This document shows, piece by piece, positions 60,201-64,000 of a stretch of DNA of 64,000 bases. This DNA is from Eledone cirrhosa (lineage: Eukaryota): assembly GCA_964016885.1 (NCBI GenBank), contig OZ024760.1:29698001-29762000 (forward strand). Reading direction: 5' to 3'. Positions within the stretch are counted from its first letter, which is position 1; every line of letters starts with the position of its first letter. The translations under genes and the position numbers were made by a program. The notes under the pieces are model-generated. The model was not told the origin of the DNA and did not search any database. It worked only from the letters and a program-made list of their open reading frames with translations.

Positions 60201-63200
60201 TAATGTAATGTAACGTGTAATGTAATGTAATGTAATGTAATGTGTAATGTAATGTAATGTAATGTAATGTAATGTAATGTGTAATGTAATGTAATGTAAT
60301 GTGAAATGTAATGTAATGTAATGTAACGTGTAATTTAATGTAATGTAATGTGTAATGTAATGTAATGTAATGTAATGTAATGTGTAATGTAATGTAATGT
60401 AATGTAATGTAGTGTGTAATGTAATGTAATGTAATGTAATGTGTAATGTAATGTAATGTAATGTAATGTAATGTGTAATGTAATGTAATGTAATGTAATG
60501 TAATGTAATGTAATGTGTAACGTAATGTAATGTGTAATGTGTAATGTAATGTAATGTAATATAATGTAATGTAATATAATGTAATGTAATGTGTAATGTA
60601 TTGTAATGTAATGTAATGTAATGTAATGTAATGTGTAATGTAATGTAATGTAATTTAATTTAATGTAATGTAATGTAATGTAATGTAATGTAATGTAATG
60701 TAATGTAATGTAATGTAATGTAATGTAATGTAATGTAATGTAATGTGTAATGTAATGTAATGTAATATAATGTAATGTAATGTAATGTAATGTTTAATGA
60801 GATGTAATGTAATGTAATGTAATGTTTAATGTAATGTAACGTGTAATATAATGTAATGTAATGTAATGTGTAATGTAATGTAATATAATGTAATGTAATG
60901 TAATGTAATGTAATGTAATGTAATGTAATGTAATGTGTAATGTAATGTAATGTAATGTAATGTAATGTGTAATGTAATGTAATGTAATGTAATGTAATGT
61001 AATGTAATGTAATGTAATGTAATGTGTAATGTAATGTAATGTAATGTAATCTGTAATGTAATTTAATGTAATGTAATGTAATGTAATGTAATGTAATGTG
61101 TAATGTAATGTAATGTAATGTAAAGTAATGTGTAATGTAATGTAATGTAATGTAATGTAATGTGTAATGTAATGTAATGTAATGCTAAGTAATGTGTAAT
61201 GTAATGTAATGTAATGTAATGTAATGTAATGTAACGTAATGTAACGTTTAATGTAATGTAATGTAATGTAATGTAATGTAATGTAATGTAATGTAATGTA
61301 ATGTAATGTAATGTAATGTAATGTAATGTAATGTGTAATAATTAAATGTAATGTAATGTAATGTAATGTAATGTAATGTAATGTAATGTAATGTGTAATG
61401 TAATGTAATGTAATGTAATGTGTAATATAATGTAATGTAATGTAATGTAGTGTGTAATGTAATGTAAGGTAATGTGTAATGTAATGTAATGTAATGTAAT
61501 GTAATGTGTAAAGTAATGTAATGTAATGTAATATGTAATGTAATGTAATGTAATGTAAAGTAATGTGTAATGTAATGTAATGTAATGTAATGTAATGTGA
61601 TGTGTAATGTAATGTGTAACGTAATGTAATGTAATGTAATGTGTAATGTAATGTAATGTAATGTGTAATGTAATGTAATGTAATGTAATGTAATGTAATG
61701 TGTAATGTAATCTAATGTAATGTAATGTGTAATATAATGTAATGTAATGTAATGTAGTGTGTAATGTAATGTAAGGTAATGTGTAATGTAATGTAATGTA
61801 ATGTAATGTAATGTAATGTGCAATGTAATGTAATGTAATGTAATATGTAATGTAATGTAATGTAATGTAATGTGTAATGTAATGTAATGTAATGTGTAAT
61901 GTAATGTGTAACGTAATGTAATGTAATGTAATGTGTAATGTAATGTAATGTAATTTGTAATGTAATGTAATGTAATGTAATGTAATGTAATGTAATGTAA
62001 TGTGTAATGTAATGTAATGTAATGTGTAATGTAATGTAATGTAATGTAATATAATGTAATGTAATGTAATGTAATGTAATGTAACGTGTAATGTAATGTG
62101 TAATGTAATGTAATGTAATGTAATTTAATGTGTAATGTAACGTAATGTAATGTGTAATGTAATGTAATGTGTAATGTAATGTAATGTAATGTAATGTAAT
62201 GTGTAATGTAATGTAATGTAATGTAATATAATGTAATGTAATGTAATGTAATGTGTAATGTAATGTAATGTAATGTAATGTAATGTAGTGTGTAATGTAA
62301 TGTAATGTAATGTAATGTACTGTAATGTGTAATGTAATGTAATGTAATGTGTAATGTAATGTAATGTAATATAATGTAATGTAATGTGCAATCTAATGTA
62401 ATGTAATGTAATGTGTAATGTAATGTAATGTAGTGTGTAATGTAATGTAATGTAATGTAATATAATGTAATGTAACGTAATGTAATGTAATGTAATGTAA
62501 TGTAATGTGTAATGTAATGTAATGTAATGTAATGTAATGTAATGTAATGTAATGTAATGTAATGTAATATAATATAATGTGTAATGTAATGTAATGTGTA
62601 ATGTAATGTAATGTAATGTAATGTAACGTAATTTAATGTAATCTAATGTAATATAATGTAATTTGTAATGTAATGTAATGTGTAATGTAATGTAATGTAA
62701 TGTGTAATGTAATGCAATGTAATGTCATGTAATGTGTAATGTAGTGTAATGTAATGTAATGTAATGTAATGTAATGTAATGTGTAATGTAATGTGTAATG
62801 TAATGTAATGTAATGTAATGTAATGTAAAGTAATATATGTAATGTAATGTAATGTAATGTAATGTAATGTAATCTAATGTAATGTAATGTAATGTAATGT
62901 GTAATGTAATGTAATGTAATGTAATGTAATCTGTAATGTAATGTAATGTGTAATGTAATGTAATGTAATGTGTAATGTAACGTAATGTGTAATGTAATGT
63001 AATGTGTAATGTAATGTAATGTAATATAATATAATGTAATGTAATGTAACGTGTAATGTAATGTAATGTAATGTAATGTGTAATGTAATGTAATGTAATG
63101 TAATGTAATGTAATGTGTAATGTAATGTAATGTAATGTGAAATGTAATGTAATGTAATGTAACGTGTAATTTAATGTAATGTAATGTGTAATGTAATGTA

Positions 63201-63816
63201 ATGTAATGTAATGTAATGTGTAATGTAATGTAATGTAATGTAATGTAGTGTGTAATGTAATGTAATGTAATGTAATGTGTAATGTAATGTAATGTAATGT
63301 AATGTGTAATGTAATGTAATGTAATGTAATGTAATGTGTAATGTAATGTAATGTGTAATGTGTAATGTAATGTAATGTAATGTAATATAATGTAATGTAA
63401 TGTAATGTAATGTAATGTGTAATGAAATGTAATGTAATGTAATGTGTAATGTAATGGAATGTGTAAGGTAATGTAATGTAATGTAATGTAATGTGTAATG
63501 TAATGTAATGTAATGTAATGTGTAATGTAATGTAATGTAATGTAATGTAATGTAATGTGTAATGTAATGTAATGTAATGTGTAATGTAATGTAATGTAAC
63601 TTGTAATGTAATGTAATGTAATGTAATGTGTAATGTAATGTAATGTAATGGAATGTGTAATGTAATGTGTAGTGTAATGTAATGTAATGTGTAATGTAAT
63701 GTAATGTATTGTAATGTAATGTAATTGTTTCTAATTTAGGCAGCAATTACCCTGTGCATTACTGGTACTTTATTTTATCGACCCCGTAAGGATGAAAAGC
63801 AAAGTCAACCTCGGTG

Positions 63817-63828
63817 GGATTTGAACTC
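63817..63828 (-). promoter_or_regulatory. RNA Pol III B box (present in all 8 copies)
   Basis: Minus strand GAGTTCAAATCC matches GWTCRANNC, about 50 nt downstream of the A box. Confidence 0.75.
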
Positions 63829-63879
63829 AGATCGTAAAGGGACGTAACTATGCTGGAAAGCATGGCGTCCGACCCTCTA

Positions 63880-63891
63880 CCGATACTGCCA
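63880..63891 (-). promoter_or_regulatory. RNA Pol III type-2 promoter A box-like motif (present in all 8 copies, e.g. 31616-31627)
   Basis: Minus strand TGGCAGTATCGG approximates TRGCNNARYNNG and lies about 10 nt from the element's GGCGG 5' end. Confidence 0.65.
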
Positions 63892-64000
63892 ATCCACCGC
63901 CGTTTGTAATGTAATGTAATGTAATGTAATTTTTAATGTAACGTAATGTAATTTAATGTAATGTAATGTGTAACGTAATGTAATGTAATGAAAATGTAAT

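Larger units (their letters stand above)
43800..61900 (+). repeat. Multi-kb higher-order block duplications carrying SINE copies 5-7 (offsets about 6.81 kb and 4.54 kb; boundaries approximate)
   Basis: ORF end offsets: 43886/50702 (6816), 45738/52549 (6811), 48229/55050 (6821), 52549/57089 (4540), 55050/59580 (4530), 50487/61823 (11336). Offsets differ by multiples of 5, consistent with unit slippage. Confidence 0.85.
63726..63904 (-). mobile_element. SINE-like element, copy 8 (179 bp, longer and probably ancestral form)
   Basis: Carries an extra 27 bp, ccgtaaggatgaaaagcaaagtcaacc (63784-63810). This gives a minus-strand central domain GTTGACTTTGCTTTTCATCCTTACGGGGTCGATAAAATAAAGTACCAG, which resembles conserved central domains of metazoan tRNA-SINEs (recalled, not searched). 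Confidence 0.9.
1..64000. repeat. (TGTAA)n/(CATTA)n pentamer satellite array with frequent TGTGTAA 7-mer variants; runs off both window ends
   Basis: Direct reading: nearly all bases are TGTAA units in one orientation. Recurrent variants include TGTGTAA, TGTAAC, TATAA, TGTAG, TTTAA, TCTAA, TGAAA and TGGAA. Confidence 0.99.

Noticed and set aside
1376-63746. Many long minus-strand ORFs (up to 1349 aa) of HYITL repeats
   Set aside because: (CATTA)n cycles through CAT TAC ATT ACA TTA with no stop codon in any frame. Starts are mostly chance TTG variants, frames overlap, and 2-bp indels are everywhere, so these are translation artefacts.
63812-63902. Functional tRNA gene
   Set aside because: It has A/B boxes, but the anticodon arm is non-canonical (4-nt loop in an extended hairpin), the T-stem is mismatched, and it is followed by a SINE-like body.
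31489-63904. CRISPR-like array of repeated units with spacers
   Set aside because: The repeats are 152-179 bp, the intervening DNA is 0.5-7.6 kb of satellite rather than unique spacers, and there are no cas genes.
63726-63904. Hammerhead ribozyme, as found in some satellite or retrozyme monomers
   Set aside because: I could not find a CTGANGA core on either strand. An Infernal search would be needed to exclude other ribozyme classes.
1-64000. Telomeric repeat or human satellite 2/3
   Set aside because: The unit has no GG/GGG tract as in TTAGG(G) telomeres. GGAAT appears only as a rare variant, and block-duplicated variants indicate recombinational rather than telomerase synthesis.
1-64000. 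Whole window as a low-complexity sequencing artefact
   Set aside because: Rare variants recur in conserved order across blocks and a complex element is embedded with consistent flanks, which indicates real satellite DNA. Individual duplications may still be mis-assembled.

Overview
The whole 64-kb window is a single-orientation eukaryotic simple satellite. The unit is the pentamer (TGTAA)n, which reads (CATTA)n on the minus strand, interrupted every few units by a GT insertion (TGTGTAA) and by recurrent point variants. These variants act as barcodes and reveal nested block duplications of about 0.2, 0.46, 1.6, 4.5, 6.8 and 12.2 kb, and two sub-domains meeting near 30-31 kb. No credible protein-coding gene is present: the minus-strand poly-HYITL ORFs arise because CATTA repeats contain no stop codon. 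The only complex sequence is a tRNA-derived, SINE-like element on the minus strand, with Pol III A and B boxes and a tRNA-like fold. It occurs 8 times between 31.5 and 63.9 kb with shared flanks, so it is one insertion amplified along with the satellite. From memory it resembles octopus/cephalopod SINEs (unverified). Seven copies (152 bp) share a 27-bp deletion relative to the last copy (179 bp). That deletion removes the only T4 tract on the transcribed strand, so these copies could drive Pol III read-through into the terminator-poor (CAUUA)n satellite. This is a hypothesis, not a demonstrated activity.
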